DNA of 37,809 nucleotides from Folioceros fuciformis (lineage: Eukaryota): positions 1-37,809 of the forward strand of contig JBNGIO010005879.1 in NCBI GenBank assembly GCA_049999805.1. Direction: 5' to 3'. The notes beneath the pieces are model-generated. The model had not been told where the DNA came from. It ran no database searches and was given only the letters and a program-made list of their open reading frames with translations. The translations under genes were made by a program, and so were the position numbers. Shown here piece by piece: positions 14,120 through 25,640 of this stretch. How positions within the stretch are numbered: the stretch's first letter is position 1; each line of letters begins with the position of its first letter.

Positions 14120-15037
14120 CTAGACGGGCCCAGCAGCAGGAAGGGGAGGGAACTCTTCCGGGATGGGGCTGCCAGCAGGAGGAGGAGGGATAGGTTGTCC
14201 TGCAGGTGGAGCAGGAGGCGGAGGGATGTCAACGGGGATGGGGCTGCCAGCATGAGGAGGAGGGATAGGTTGTCCTGAAGGTGGAGTAGGAAGAGGGATG
14301 GGGCTGCCAGCAGGAGGAGGAGGGATAGGTTGTCCTGAAGGTGGAGCAGGAAGAGGGATGGGGCTGCCAGCAGGAGGAGAAGAGATAGGTCCTCCTGCGG
14401 GTGGAGAAGGAGGAGGCGGGCTGCCTTTGTACGGCTCCTCGAGCTGGTGCACAATGTCGGCTGAGACCTTGAATGCCGTCTCGAGGACTATGCCATCGAT
14501 GCCGGAGCCGAAGAGGGCAGATGGTGCGGAGACGGTGCCGGGGCTGGCGCTGCTGAAGGAGGAGTAGGCGATGGCGCGAATGGTGGCGGGGTTGAACTGG
14601 AAGTGCAGCAGGCCCTTGGGGAACACGAACAAATCGTTGGCGAAGAGCGTCTGCGTGAAGAGCTTGTTGGTGGTGTCGACGAAAGCCACCTGCAGCGTGC
14701 CCTCGATGACATAGAGGACCTCGGTGGCGCGGGGATGTGTGTGCGGCGGGTTCAGGGTCTGCGGAGGGAACTCCAGCAGCGCATTGGACACTCCCAGCCC
14801 AGTCAGGGCCGGGAACTGCGTCTCCGAGACCTTGGCGACGCCGAAGTTCGGCTGAGTGTTATTGATAGCGTTGCGGAGACCCTGGAACGTGAAGAAGTTG
14901 CCGTTGATCGAGGCCGGGTCGACGCCGGGAGGCACCACGAAGTCCGTCAGGATGTCGGGGTCACCGCACGCCACCAGGGACACCGCCGCTGCCAGGATCG
15001 TCACAAGGAGGGATAATTCGTATCCAGACTTCGCCAT
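14120..15037 (-). CDS. Germin-like protein (cupin) with C-terminal proline-rich repeat tail
   Basis: Signal peptide, DPDILTDF, germin boxes LNPPHTHPRATE and FVFPKGLLHFQFN, then a ~100-aa Pro-rich tail. Intronless. Confidence 0.93.
   Translation of the reverse strand: MAKSGYELSLLVTILAAAVSLVACGDPDILTDFVVPPGVDPASINGNFFTFQGLRNAINNTQPNFGVAKVSETQFPALTGLGVSNALLEFPPQTLNPPHTHPRATEVLYVIEGTLQVAFVDTTNKLFTQTLFANDLFVFPKGLLHFQFNPATIRAIAYSSFSSASPGTVSAPSALFGSGIDGIVLETAFKVSADIVHQLEEPYKGSPPPPSPPAGGPISSPPAGSPIPLPAPPSGQPIPPPPAGSPIPLPTPPSGQPIPPPHAGSPIPVDIPPPPAPPAGQPIPPPPAGSPIPEEFPPLPAAGPV
14150..14425 (-). repeat. Coding tandem repeat, 60-nt units built from 30-nt subunits (G[S/Q]PIPxxxPP[A/S])
   Basis: Near-identical 60-bp copies gggatggggctgccagcaggaggaggagggataggttgtcctgaaggtggagcagg in ~14160-14380. 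Confidence 0.9.
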
Positions 15038-16698
15038 CGTTAGTGGAGAGATTGGAGATCGAATGAATGTGCTTCGATCGCAGCTGCTATGCGCTGAATG
15101 CAGATTGCCCGCTTCGTGCTGCAGCTTGACTGCTCATCACGCAGCGGGACATCTTATCTGTGAGATTATGCGGATCTGTACATGGCATCGAGGGTCCACC
15201 TCCAGCCGCTTGCAATTGACTGCCAGATGGCGGAGGGGGTCGGGGGAAGGGAGCCCCCGAGGCTAGGTCCGCAAGCAACTTGTGGCCCGGCCTGTCCCTG
15301 TGCGATGCATCCCAGATTATGCACCCGTCTTAGAACAGCACGCATTGCAGAGCAAACTCTTGCGGATGGGTCTACAACCTTGGTTGGCAGCACTATCCGA
15401 TCCGCTCACACAGATTTTCTTGGAATCAGCTCACTGACGGGCAATACGATGCACTCCGGTTTCATTATTAGGCTGGTTTTAATCACGCCTACCTGGAACT
15501 CATGAATTACTCATGCCACCTTTCTCTTCAGAGCCGGCGAATTCGAGCGTTCGCATAGGTCGGAAAAATTTAGACGAAGCACGGCATGTACAAGGACTTG
15601 CAAGGATCAAGCTTAGACACCCAATCCGGGGTTGCCCAGCGTTTCTCTTGTAACGTCAAGCAAAGCCAGACTTGGGAACTCGAACTCTTGAGCAAGCATG
15701 TTCCATGATCAGTTGCTTCCTGACCAGAAGAGAACGGTGTCACTGCTGGGGGGAGGACGAATAGTGGAGCACCAAGAACTGACCTTGGCAGCATTGCTAC
15801 AGGCTGGCCACATCGTCCCTAACGTAATTCCCAGACAGGTCGATGGGAAGAGCACTGGATCGCTTCCAACATTTCCTGAACGACCAGCCCCTTCCAGCGT
15901 TACCTTACGTAGTCACAACTGGAAGGAGATCCCTAGGATTTTAGTCCTTGGGCGTCGCGTGAAGTATTTGTCACCTTCGCGACAGATGACAACAGGAAAG
16001 CTGCTCTACCTCGCTATGTGCAGTTACCACTGATTGAGAATACCAGGGAAGGCTACGATGTCGCAGGCGTAACTTCACGCAACGCCTTCTCGACGAAATT
16101 GAGCTTCCTTCACTAGCGGCAGGACAAATTTCACTGGGAGTTGTAAGTCATGACAGGAAAGGATCTCGAAAGATCGCCCCGGTCAGTCAGAATGTATGGT
16201 TTGGTAGCTCGCAGCTCCGACAGCCACAGCCGTGCTGGAAGCAAAAATTAACAAGCACTTATATGAAGCATGTCATAGTGACCACCGTGGTAGGCAAATA
16301 TGAGGTAAAGCAAACATAAAGAGCAAGTGATGGATTCCCGCTTCCTCTTCACATCCCATACGGAGGATTTCCCTACAGCTCAAGCTCCAGCTAGGGCTGC
16401 ACATCGTGATCATCCTGAAATGGTTTCAGCTGCTTGTTATGGCGATCCCGCTGAGAAAAACCTGCTGGTAGCTGGAAACTGGAAACTGGGTGTGGCTGTG
16501 GCTTCGATCGGAGAGATCGACACATGACAAGCAAGGGCAGCTTGAAGAAAGTGACAGAGGCGAGGCCGGCCGGCAGACTGGTTGCTCGCGCCACTTGGCC
16601 TTCACCTGGCTCCAGGCCGCCAGGGACGCATCGTGCAGCTCCTACATAAGCGCAGCACCGATCAGGGTGCGCACTCGCAATCCCAGCAGTACAACAGC

Positions 16699-16769
16699 TA
16701 CGTCTCTATGGTTCCTCCTGTGCCACCCTGGAAGTCTAGCAACCGTGGTGGTCTAAAAAGCGGGTCCAG
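16699..16769 (+). repeat. 71-bp element, copy 1 (GLP2 proximal promoter), duplicated at 31123-31193
   Basis: 70/71 identical to 31123-31193, same orientation. Confidence 0.95.
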
Positions 16770-16868
16770 CCGACACGCACCTACAGAGCATCGCTCTCGC
16801 TCCTCCCGCGACTCCACAAGACCGGGTGAGGCGATTCTGCGCAGCGAGCGAGGGCAGCAGGAGCAGCA

Positions 16869-17564
16869 ATGGCGGCAGTATCATCCGCATCAGCGTGGGT
16901 GGCGCTTACGGCCTTCACGAGCCTGACCTTGTGGGCGGCCCTGGTGACCTGCAACGACCCCGACATCCTGACCGACTTCGTGACGCCCGCAGGCGTGGAT
17001 CCGGGCAAACTGGACGGCACGTACTTCACATTCCAGGGCCTTCGGTCGGCCGTGAACGCGACGCAGACCAAATTCGGCGCCGCCAAGGTGTCGCAGACCC
17101 AGTTCCCGGCCCTGACTGGACAGCGGGTGTCGGTGGCGCTGTTGGAGTTCCCTCCGCAGACTCTGAACGCGCCGCACACTCACCCCCGCGCCACCGAGGT
17201 CCTCTACGTTCTCGACAGCACGCTGCAGGTGGGCCTCGTCGACACCAACAACAAGCTGTACACACAGACGCTCTTCAAAAGCGACCTGTTCGTGTTCCCC
17301 AAGGGCCTGCTGCACTTCCAGTACAACCCCGGCACCGTGACCGCCCTCGCCTACGCCTCCTTCAGCAGCGCCAACCCCGGCACCGTGAGCTTCCCGTCTT
17401 CCATCTTCGGAACTGGCATCGACGACGTCATCCTGGAGAAGGCCTTCAAGGTGTCGTCCGACATCGTGCACCAGCTGGAGGCTCCGTTCCTGGATAATAC
17501 CACCCCCTCTCCCGAAGCTGCTCCCGTCGAATCCCAATTTCCACCCGCTCCCAGCCCCGTTTAA
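16869..17564 (+). CDS. Germin-like protein (cupin), paralog of 14120-15037, short Pro tail
   Basis: Signal peptide, DPDILTDF, LNAPHTHPRATE, FVFPKGLLHFQYN. Intronless and divergently oriented from its paralog. Confidence 0.93.
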   Translation: MAAVSSASAWVALTAFTSLTLWAALVTCNDPDILTDFVTPAGVDPGKLDGTYFTFQGLRSAVNATQTKFGAAKVSQTQFPALTGQRVSVALLEFPPQTLNAPHTHPRATEVLYVLDSTLQVGLVDTNNKLYTQTLFKSDLFVFPKGLLHFQYNPGTVTALAYASFSSANPGTVSFPSSIFGTGIDDVILEKAFKVSSDIVHQLEAPFLDNTTPSPEAAPVESQFPPAPSPV

Positions 17565-18297
17565 AAATTTCGCGCCTTCTCATCTTGGCACGTTCCTGCT
17601 ACTCTTCTCTGCCACATTGGCTTCGCAACTTCGTGCCTTCAACCGCCCTGAAATTCAGTCTCTGTCTCCACACTGCTCGGCTCCGTTCCATGCACTTGAG
17701 GGAAGAGGACAGCTCGTCAACCTCGCGCCTCCCTTCGCTTATTGTGATTCTCTCCTATTTTGTTTGTAAAGCTTCTATTTTTTTAAACAAATAGCCATGT
17801 TTCGTGTTAACTTTAGGACTTAGTTAAGCTTCACCCCTTATATTTCACTTTTTCCTGCATATAAAGCCTAATGGGTGTCACTTAGTGAAGCTTCACCCCT
17901 TACATTTACAGATACCTGCCTTTTTCTCTGCATAGAAAGCCCAATGGCTCTCATTATACATTTTATTTCAGGTTTTCATTGTGTACTTTTCTTCCCTGGA
18001 ATCTTGGCTGTGTACTTGGTTTATGTGTATTAGAATGTTTCTTTTTCAATTATATTTTAATTTAATTTTTTAGATATATAGATCTATTATTTATTTTATC
18101 ATAAAATAAATGAACCGAGACATATTGCTATGGACTATGTTACATTCTCAAGCACCTTATCCTTTATATCTCCAAGATATAACGGATTTCAACTCTCTTG
18201 ATAATGTCATGCATATGTTATTTATAATGTTATTAGCATCTTCACGTGGTGTTCCAGTAGAGCCATGGAGAATACATATGTCCCATATTTGGTGGAA

Positions 18298-18454
18298 AGC
18301 ACCATCCGAAATAGGTTTTTGTTAAGAACTTCATATGAAAGCTTGGCACCTAGAGGGCTCAGAGAGGAGAGATGGACAGCACCATCCATAACAAGTCTTT
18401 GTTAAGAACTTCATATGAAAGCTTGGCACCTAAAGGGCTCAGAGAGAAGAGATG
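18298..18454. repeat. ~80-bp tandem duplication (2 copies) in AT-rich repeat island
   Basis: agcaccatcc...gttaagaacttcatatgaaagcttggcaccta(g/a)agggctcagagag(g/a)agagatg repeated with period 80. Confidence 0.85.
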
Positions 18455-19168
18455 AGCATTACTAAAGAGAATATCGAATGTCCTACCCTACTTTAATAGT
18501 ACTTGTTAATCAATTACATTTCTTCTTGGTACACACATTGCCAAGAACACCAATACCATGTGAAAAGGCTATTGCTTTGGTGCTACCTAGGTTGGGCATA
18601 CGTCTACCTTTATTGATCATCGCCCTCCAAGTATGGAATTAAGCACGAATATTTCAAAGCACTTTCTGATCCAAAATTTAACATCTCTTGGCATGCGAGA
18701 AGCGCATTATCTAGATATTATGAAAACATTATCTTATAGAGCTCATTGAGTTCTACACAATGATGCAAAGAAGTTGACATAACAATACGTCGAATGTGAC
18801 AAAATGTCCATGCAAGTTTGTCGACGGTTTTTGAAATTAACCTAACAACCATGCTCACTGAACTCAAAAAGTACACACGATTAGAGATGTAGTTGTACAT
18901 TCTAGCCCTATCTCAAAATGTTAAGGCACGGATAGTGTCCTTGAACATATAAACAAGCTGGGGAATAGCAGACTCAAACCTCACAGCAAAGAGAAATGCG
19001 TCTATGCGGCAACGAAGCATTCTAGTGAAGAAACAGGTGACGCACTCAAACGTACACTCAAACTTTAGTATCCCTTGGTGTGTGCTAAATGCATTGTCAA
19101 GACTTGATGAAAACATCATCTTTGAATCTAGACTTTCTTGTTTTATTCCATGGGATACAAGCACTTTC

Positions 19169-19377
19169 TAACACGATTGCTAGGTAGGATCGATCATAGC
19201 ACGCTTGAGCAAGGGAGCAGCGATCGTGCGTGAGCAAAACTTGAGGCAAGAACAATAAAAAAAACGGTTATTGGAGTTCACGCAACTTGGCGCATATGAA
19301 GTTTGATGAAACGGTTATTAATCGTCTCCTTAATAAGTCCTAATTAATACGAGTTGCTAATCTAAACACTTCCAACA
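19169..19377 (-). repeat. 3' LTR of the Copia element (209 bp, TG...TA termini)
   Basis: Starts TGTTGGAAGTG on the minus strand immediately after the PPT and ends at the TSD. Its segment 19313-19377 matches 24540-24604 (62/65). Confidence 0.8.
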
Positions 19378-19563
19378 CCCCTACTCAACGAGTATTGCCG
19401 TGATCAGGTTGGGATGTGTGTTTTGTGTTCTCTCACTCCTGTTGCTTGGCACAGCTCCAAACCTGCAAACCGAGAGCATGCAATGACCAGGTATGTTCTG
19501 ACACATCGTCTACACTATTGCTCAATCTGCAAACCTAGACTACGCCCAACAATTAGCTCTTGA

Positions 19564-20952
19564 TCATCCTCCTCCTGGTATAAGTCCAAGGCGCCTACCA
19601 TGTTTAAAATGCTGCTCCGCATACAGTGCCTTGGTAAAAATGTCCGCCGGATTCTCTGAAGTGCTGACGTAGATTAATCTCATCTCACCTCTTGCGACCA
19701 CATCTCTAACAAAGTGATGATGAACCTCTATATGCTTCGTTCGGGAATGAAAAACTGGGTTGTTGGCGAGGGCAATCGCCCCTTGGTTATCACAATATAG
19801 TTCTGTTGGTTCAACATGAGTTTGCCCAATGTTGTCCAAGCACCTTCGATCCCAGATGGCTTCCTTGGCAGCCACTGTCAATGTCTTGTATTCTGCTTTG
19901 GTACTTGATAGACAAATGTTTGCATTTTTCTTGCATGACCAAGAGATTGGTCCACCAGCTAGTACAAAGACATATGCAGCGACGGACTTCCTGCTGTCTG
20001 GGTCTGCTGCCCAGTCACTATCACAAAATCCTACCAGCTCAAGCACTCTGCTGTCCACACCTTGGTAAACGATGCAATAGTCTGCTGTATGCTTCAAGTA
20101 TCTCATAATCCACTTGACCTGAATCCAATGATCTTTGCCATGGCTTGCTAGGAATTGAGAAACAAGACGCATAGGAAATGCAATATCCACCCTTGTCAAG
20201 CACGTTATGTATATTAGCGTACCTACTGCTTCTTTGTAAGGCACCTTTTGCATTTCCTGAATTTCTGCTGCTGAGGCCGCTGCTTGCTCTTTTGACAACT
20301 TCACACCTGTAGACAAAGGAGTATTGTTGCCATGGGCCTCCATCAGATTAAACCTGCTAAGCATGTCATTTATGTACTTCTTCTGCGACAGTTTGATCGA
20401 CCTCTTGGATCTATCCCTGATCACCTCGACTCCCAAGCACCACTTGAGGGGAACTATGTCCGTCATTTCAAACTCCGCCTTCAATAGATTTTTGACTGTG
20501 ATTAGCAAACTAGCCAGACCTGGTGTTGCTGCTAGTATCAAATCATCTACATACACCAACAACAACAGGTATATTCCCTTCCTTTTTAGCACATACAAGT
20601 TGCAATCAGCTGTGGCCTTGATGAAACCACACGTCAACAAGAAAGCATCCAGCCTGTTGTGCCATGCTCGTGGGCTTTGCTTGAGCCCATAGAGTGTTTT
20701 GTTCAACTTGCACACCAGGTGTTCGCTTCCCTTTTTAACATACCCTTCTGGCTGCTGCATGTAGATTTCCTCATCCAAGGTTCCATTCAGAAAAGCTGTG
20801 CGAATGTCCATCTGTTCAAGATCAAGATCTTCATGTGCAGCCATGGCCAAGACAAGTCTAAGGGTCGGAAACTTCACAACAGGTGCAAATGTTTCGAAAT
20901 AATCTTCTCCTGCACATTGTGAGAATCCTCTCACCACCAATCTTGCCTTCAA
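19564..20952 (-). pseudogene. Copia reverse transcriptase-RNase H fragment (largest intact ORF of the decayed pol)
   Basis: KARLVVRGFSQ, QMDIRTAFLNG, LYGLKQSPRAW, YVDD, DSDWAAD, HSRTKHIEV. Confidence 0.9.
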
Positions 20953-23900
20953 CCTTTCTACGGACCCATCAACATTAAATTTAGTTTTGAAAACCCACTT
21001 ATTGCTGATTGCTCTCCTGTTCTATGGCAGCTCCTGCAGGGTCCAAGTTCCATTTTTGATCAAGGATGCATACTCATCCTCGACTGCCTTCCTCCAGCCC
21101 TTACATCTGGGCCACTTTACGCCTCTTTCATGGTTGCTGGATCAGTTGGATTCACGTTGGTTGCAGCGACTGCCAACACTTGAGCAACTGTGAGTTCATT
21201 ATCCGGGTGACCTTGCTGTATGGTAGCCAGGAGGGATGAAAACGTGGGTGCTTCTTCCTCATCACTCATGTGCTCGTCCTCTCCTGCAAAAAAGTCCCCC
21301 ACTGGATGCGAACTATCTACCTCTCCTGTGGAAAAATCAGTACGGCTGTGGCTACTGGTCCACTGTTCAGGCCGGTAGAATGCAGGTGCTGTGCGAGTCC
21401 TAGTCGATGCTCGTGCTGGTGGTACTTCAGGTGCCGCTGGAGCTTCTGGAGCCTCCTCAAAAACTTTATCCCCTGCAGAAATCAAATCTGAGTCCTGAAG
21501 CACTTCCCCACTGAATCTTCGCCAGATATATCGAAGGTGTCCTCTTCGTCATGAGATACACTATGCTCGGATTGGTCAAATACTACTGGTTGGACTTCCT
21601 CCAGATTGTCCAATGCCATATCCAGTCTACTATGCCCAAATTCGAACGTGCTAACTACATCTTCTTCTTGTGTAGGGGCAGCTTTAGGCATGGAATGTGA
21701 GGGCTCACCTCCACCAGCAGCAGCAGTGTGCTTGTGCTCCAGCAAAGCCTCATTGAAAATCACACTACGAGCATACTCAACCTGCCTAGTTGCAGGATCA
21801 AACAACTTATATGCCTTTATTCCATCTGTATACCCGATGAACACCCGCTTCACAGCTCTGTCCGACAGTTTTGCATGCTCCCTCTTCTGCTTGGGAACAT
21901 GGGCGTAGGCTGGAGAGCCAAAAGCCCTCAGATGCTGCATTGTTGGTTTTCTCCCGCACCACAATTCATAGGGGGTTCGACCCTACAATGAACTGGTTGG
22001 CAACCTATTGTGAAGGTAAGCTGCTGTTGTAACTGCCTCTCCCCAATAGGTTAGGGGCAAATTCGCATGCTTCAATAACGCCCTTGTGGTGTCTTGACTA
22101 GTTTGATTCCACCTCTCCGCAACGCCATTTTGCGAGGAGCTATAAGGCACAGTGAATTGGCGTGCAATGCCAAGGTTGCTGCAGTAGTCATTGAATGCAT
22201 TTGAGTCAAATTCTCCTCCATTGTCAGTTCGTAGGTAGAGAATTTTCACACCTAGCTGCAACTCTAGGCCAAGTAATGTTTAAAGCACCCAAAAGCTTTG
22301 TTCTTATGCTTCAAAATATAGATGTGCACATATCTGCTGTAATCATCTATAAATGTTAAGAAATACCGGCCTCCCCCAAATGACTCCTTTGACACTGGGC
22401 CACACAGGTCTGCATGAACCAGCTGCAACAATCCAATTGCTCTTATGCCACCACCCTTCGGAAATGCTTTTACATGGTGCTTAGCAAAAGTACATGCTTC
22501 ACAGAAATCCAGCCTGCTCAAGTTCTTTGGTACACCATCAAAATACACATCCGAATTCTCCATTGCACTCAGCTTAGTGGGGTTCAGGTGCCCCAATCTC
22601 ATGTGCCAGATATGAGTCACCCTACATTAGAAATAGATGGACTGACACCCGCTAATTGAGCTGAAGGTGCTGGTATACTATGTGCATCTAATGAGAATAG
22701 GTCATGGGCTAACTACCTATGGCAATTGTTTTCCCTCACTGTTTGATTAGGCACATGGACTTCTTAAAAATAACCTCATTATGATTATCTGATGTGAGCT
22801 GATGAACTTAAAGCAAATTCTTTGTTATACTTGGAACATGAAGTACATTTCTAAGTGTGAGAATGGAACCACTTCTTAAACATAGGTTAACATCTCCTAC
22901 TCCATGTATTTCTAGCTGACTATTGTCACCTAATAGCACTGTTTGTGGGGTACTATTCTTAACATAGCTCACAAAGACAGATCTATCACAACAAATATGG
23001 GCAGTTGCCCCAGAGTCCACATACCAGTTTCCCTCGCAAGAGCTAGTTGCATTCAGGCACACTATTAGTGCTTGATGTGTATGACGGAACCTCTTGGTCG
23101 GCTTCTCATCAGCGCTGCATTCAGCTCCTTCCACAGTAGAGGTCAGACTCGGAGGTGAACAAACCGTGAGCACCAACGGCGATGTCTTCTCCTTCTTGGT
23201 AGCCACATGTGCCTCAGGTAACGAAACACGCCTCGGCTCATTGTTTTTCTTCTTCCTACAATCGCTCTCACAGTGGTTGGGAAGGCCGCACCAATTGCAG
23301 TTCCCTACTCTCTTCTTGTTTCCCGATGACTCTCCAGGTCCACATGGGTTCGACCACTTGCCCTTGCCAACCTGCTTGTTGCCCTGTGGCTATCCAGGTC
23401 TCCTAGGGCCCTTGGGCCTTGCATTGAAGAGAGCTTGGCTTCTAGGTGGCTTGGATGATTGCCTGGTCATCTCCTCTTGCAGTAGAGCTCCAACCAATTC
23501 GTTGAACTCTAGTGCGGGCACCTGATCTTCATCGATGTTTGCTACCAACGCCAGCTGCCTGGCCATCCGCAACACCGCATTCTGGCTAGACATAAAGTGT
23601 GAATAGCTCAGGGGTAAGGCTGACAGAAATCTTACACAGGCATCCTGCTCATTCACTCGTGCACCAGTCTGCTACAGCTTGAGTCTTGCACTCCAAAACT
23701 ACGTGACAAACTAGTCAATCGGTTCTCCTTCCCGCATTTTGAGTGAATGAAATTTGGTTTGAGCAGCCATCCTCGTCATCATATCCTTGGCATGATAGAC
23801 CATGGCCAAGTGATCCCACATTTCCTTAGCTGTTTGGGCATCAATCACACTCATAGCCATTTGCTCACTCAAGCCAACGCGAATAATGCCTTGTGCTCTC

Positions 23901-24539
23901 TCATCTAGCTGATCCCAGCGCTGCTGTCCAGCTGAAGTGCTTCGGAAACTAAGGATGTCATCATCCGGCCTTGGAGTTTCTCCTGTGACATGTCCCCACA
24001 AGCCAGCTTCCCTCAAGAAACCACGCATGCGCATTACCCACACATCGTAGTTGGCTTCGCTGGTAAGGCGGTCCATTTCCTTGAAATCAACCTTCACAGA
24101 TGGGAGTCTCTCATGGTTAAGTCTTTCCTCACGTTCCTTCTCCTCCCTTTCTCTTCTTTCATCTTCTCTATCTGCTCTCAGTTTTTCTAACCTCTCCTGT
24201 TCCTTCCTTGCACGCTCACGGTCAGCTTCCTCGTCCATTTCTGATTGTTCAGCACCCTCTTGGAACAAGCCCCTAATGCTCGCTAGAACTTGGTACTCAA
24301 GTGCCTGATCGAAGCCTTCATCTGAGCCGTCCTCCAGGATTTAAGATCAGGTATCCTGAGTTGCACCCACAGCAAGTGCATCAATTGTACACCGGGGGGT
24401 CACAGGGCTGGTAGCGCCCTCTTCTCCTGGATTCGCAAGGATCGAAGCGTGCTGGCCTCCTCTCTTGACGCCAATTAGCAAACCACCAATGCCGAGATTG
24501 CTCCATAGTCACCTAATGCACGTCAGCATCAGTAGCAGT

Positions 24540-24604
24540 GGTTATTAACCGCCTCCTTAATAAGTCCTAATCAATACGAGTTGCTAATCTAAACACTTCC
24601 AACA
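24540..24604 (-). repeat. Truncated 5' LTR of the Copia element (65 bp remain)
   Basis: 62/65 identity to 19313-19377 (three T/C transitions); abuts TSD CTTTC. Confidence 0.85.
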
Positions 24605-24968
24605 CTTTCTAGAGAAGGTGAAAACACCATCTTATAGAGCTTGACAAGTATTATAAGATAGTATAAGGAAAAGAGTTGTAATGATGAATAAAAAAAGCGT
24701 TGAATAGAACTATGGGACACAACAAACGTGAAATTCAAGCTTACTAATGTTCATGCCTAGATCTTTCTAGGCTTAGACTAAAAGCTTTGCCATCTTGATT
24801 TGAGTCAATCATCATCAACTCTATCATCTATACTCTCACATGGCTTTTTCTATTCTTTGGAGGTCCTCTCACTTGCTTCACTTGCTTCCCTCCATCTTCT
24901 CAAACACTTTTGCAAATTTGTTGATGCTCTTTGCTATCTTGTTCAATCCCTTGCTTGAAAGCTTCCTC

Positions 24969-25050
24969 TTTGCCTATCTAGACACATTTGCTGCAACATC
25001 TTTCAATTTTGCCTATCTGGACACATTTGTTGCAACATCTTTCAATTTTG
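24969..25050. repeat. 39-bp tandem duplication
   Basis: tttgcctatct(a/g)gacacatttg(c/t)tgcaacatctttcaat x2 at 24969-25007 and 25008-25046. Confidence 0.85.
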
Positions 25051-25129
25051 TTCCTGAGTAAGCTGAGACATAAGTCTTATAGTCTTGACAAGTAGAAGGT
25101 GGAGGAGGTCGGGAGCAAACATCTCCCCT

Positions 25130-25640
25130 ACCTATAGGGTTATTAAAGCCTAATGTGCTTAGACTAATGTGTTTAGTCTAAGATTAATGTCTAGTTAAGT
25201 ATCATTTGTTTAGATTAGCTTAAGCTAATAGGTAGGAAGCTTCTTGCGTAGCTTCCGGTGCGCTTCTTGTGAAACTTCCTTGGGAGTTGTTCTAAAGGGT
25301 ATAAATACCCCCTTGAGCTCCCTTGTAATTAAGAGATGGTGTGACAGTGTGAGACCTCTCTTTCTCCTCTCCTCCTTGTTTCCTCCTCTCCTCCTTCACC
25401 ATGTGGCTCCTCTAGCAATCCTTCACTACCACGTCATAGATTGCTTGTGGGTGCCAATAGCTTGTTTGGCGCTACAAGTGGCTGTGCGGCCCATTTCAGC
25501 ATCTACCATACCATGCTGCAAACTGCCTACAAGCACCAATAGCCCATTTTGGGCTATAGGCAGTCATGTGGCCCATTGTAGCAATCATACAAGCCCATGG
25601 CAGCAACTCTTGTGATTGCAATGGTTGATATCGGTCACAA
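25130..25640. mobile_element. LTR-like remnant (possible solo or partial LTR of another retroelement); boundaries uncertain
   Basis: TATAAATACCCC box at ~25300 followed by TGTAAT and a CT-rich tract, plus several palindromes. No TSD identified. Confidence 0.35.

Larger units (their letters stand above)
19169..24604 (-). mobile_element. Degenerate Ty1/Copia LTR retrotransposon
   Basis: Minus-strand order gag (~24270-23400), Zn knuckle CNWCGLPNHCESDC, protease WYVDSGAT, WHMRLGHLN, integrase (HADLCGP, FIDDYSR, LRTDNGGEF, NGVAER), RT (KARLVVRGF, LLVYVDDL), RNase H (DSDWAAD). Many in-frame stops or frameshifts. PPT gttgagtagggg at 19389-19378; 5-bp TSD CTTTC at 19164-19168 and 24605-24609. Confidence 0.95.

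Noticed and set aside
14150..14400. Regular repeats as a possible CRISPR array
   Set aside because: Contiguous coding repeats with no unique spacers, no cas genes and a eukaryotic context.
15040..16860. Small ORFs between the two GLP genes
   Set aside because: No motifs or splice-consistent model; treated as an intergenic promoter region.
18700..19164. Cullin-like resemblance in minus-strand ORFs 18718-18900 and 18913-19164
   Set aside because: Similarity too weak to assign without a search.
25340..25639. TGTGAC...GTCACA as solo-LTR termini
   Set aside because: Flanks show no target-site duplication.
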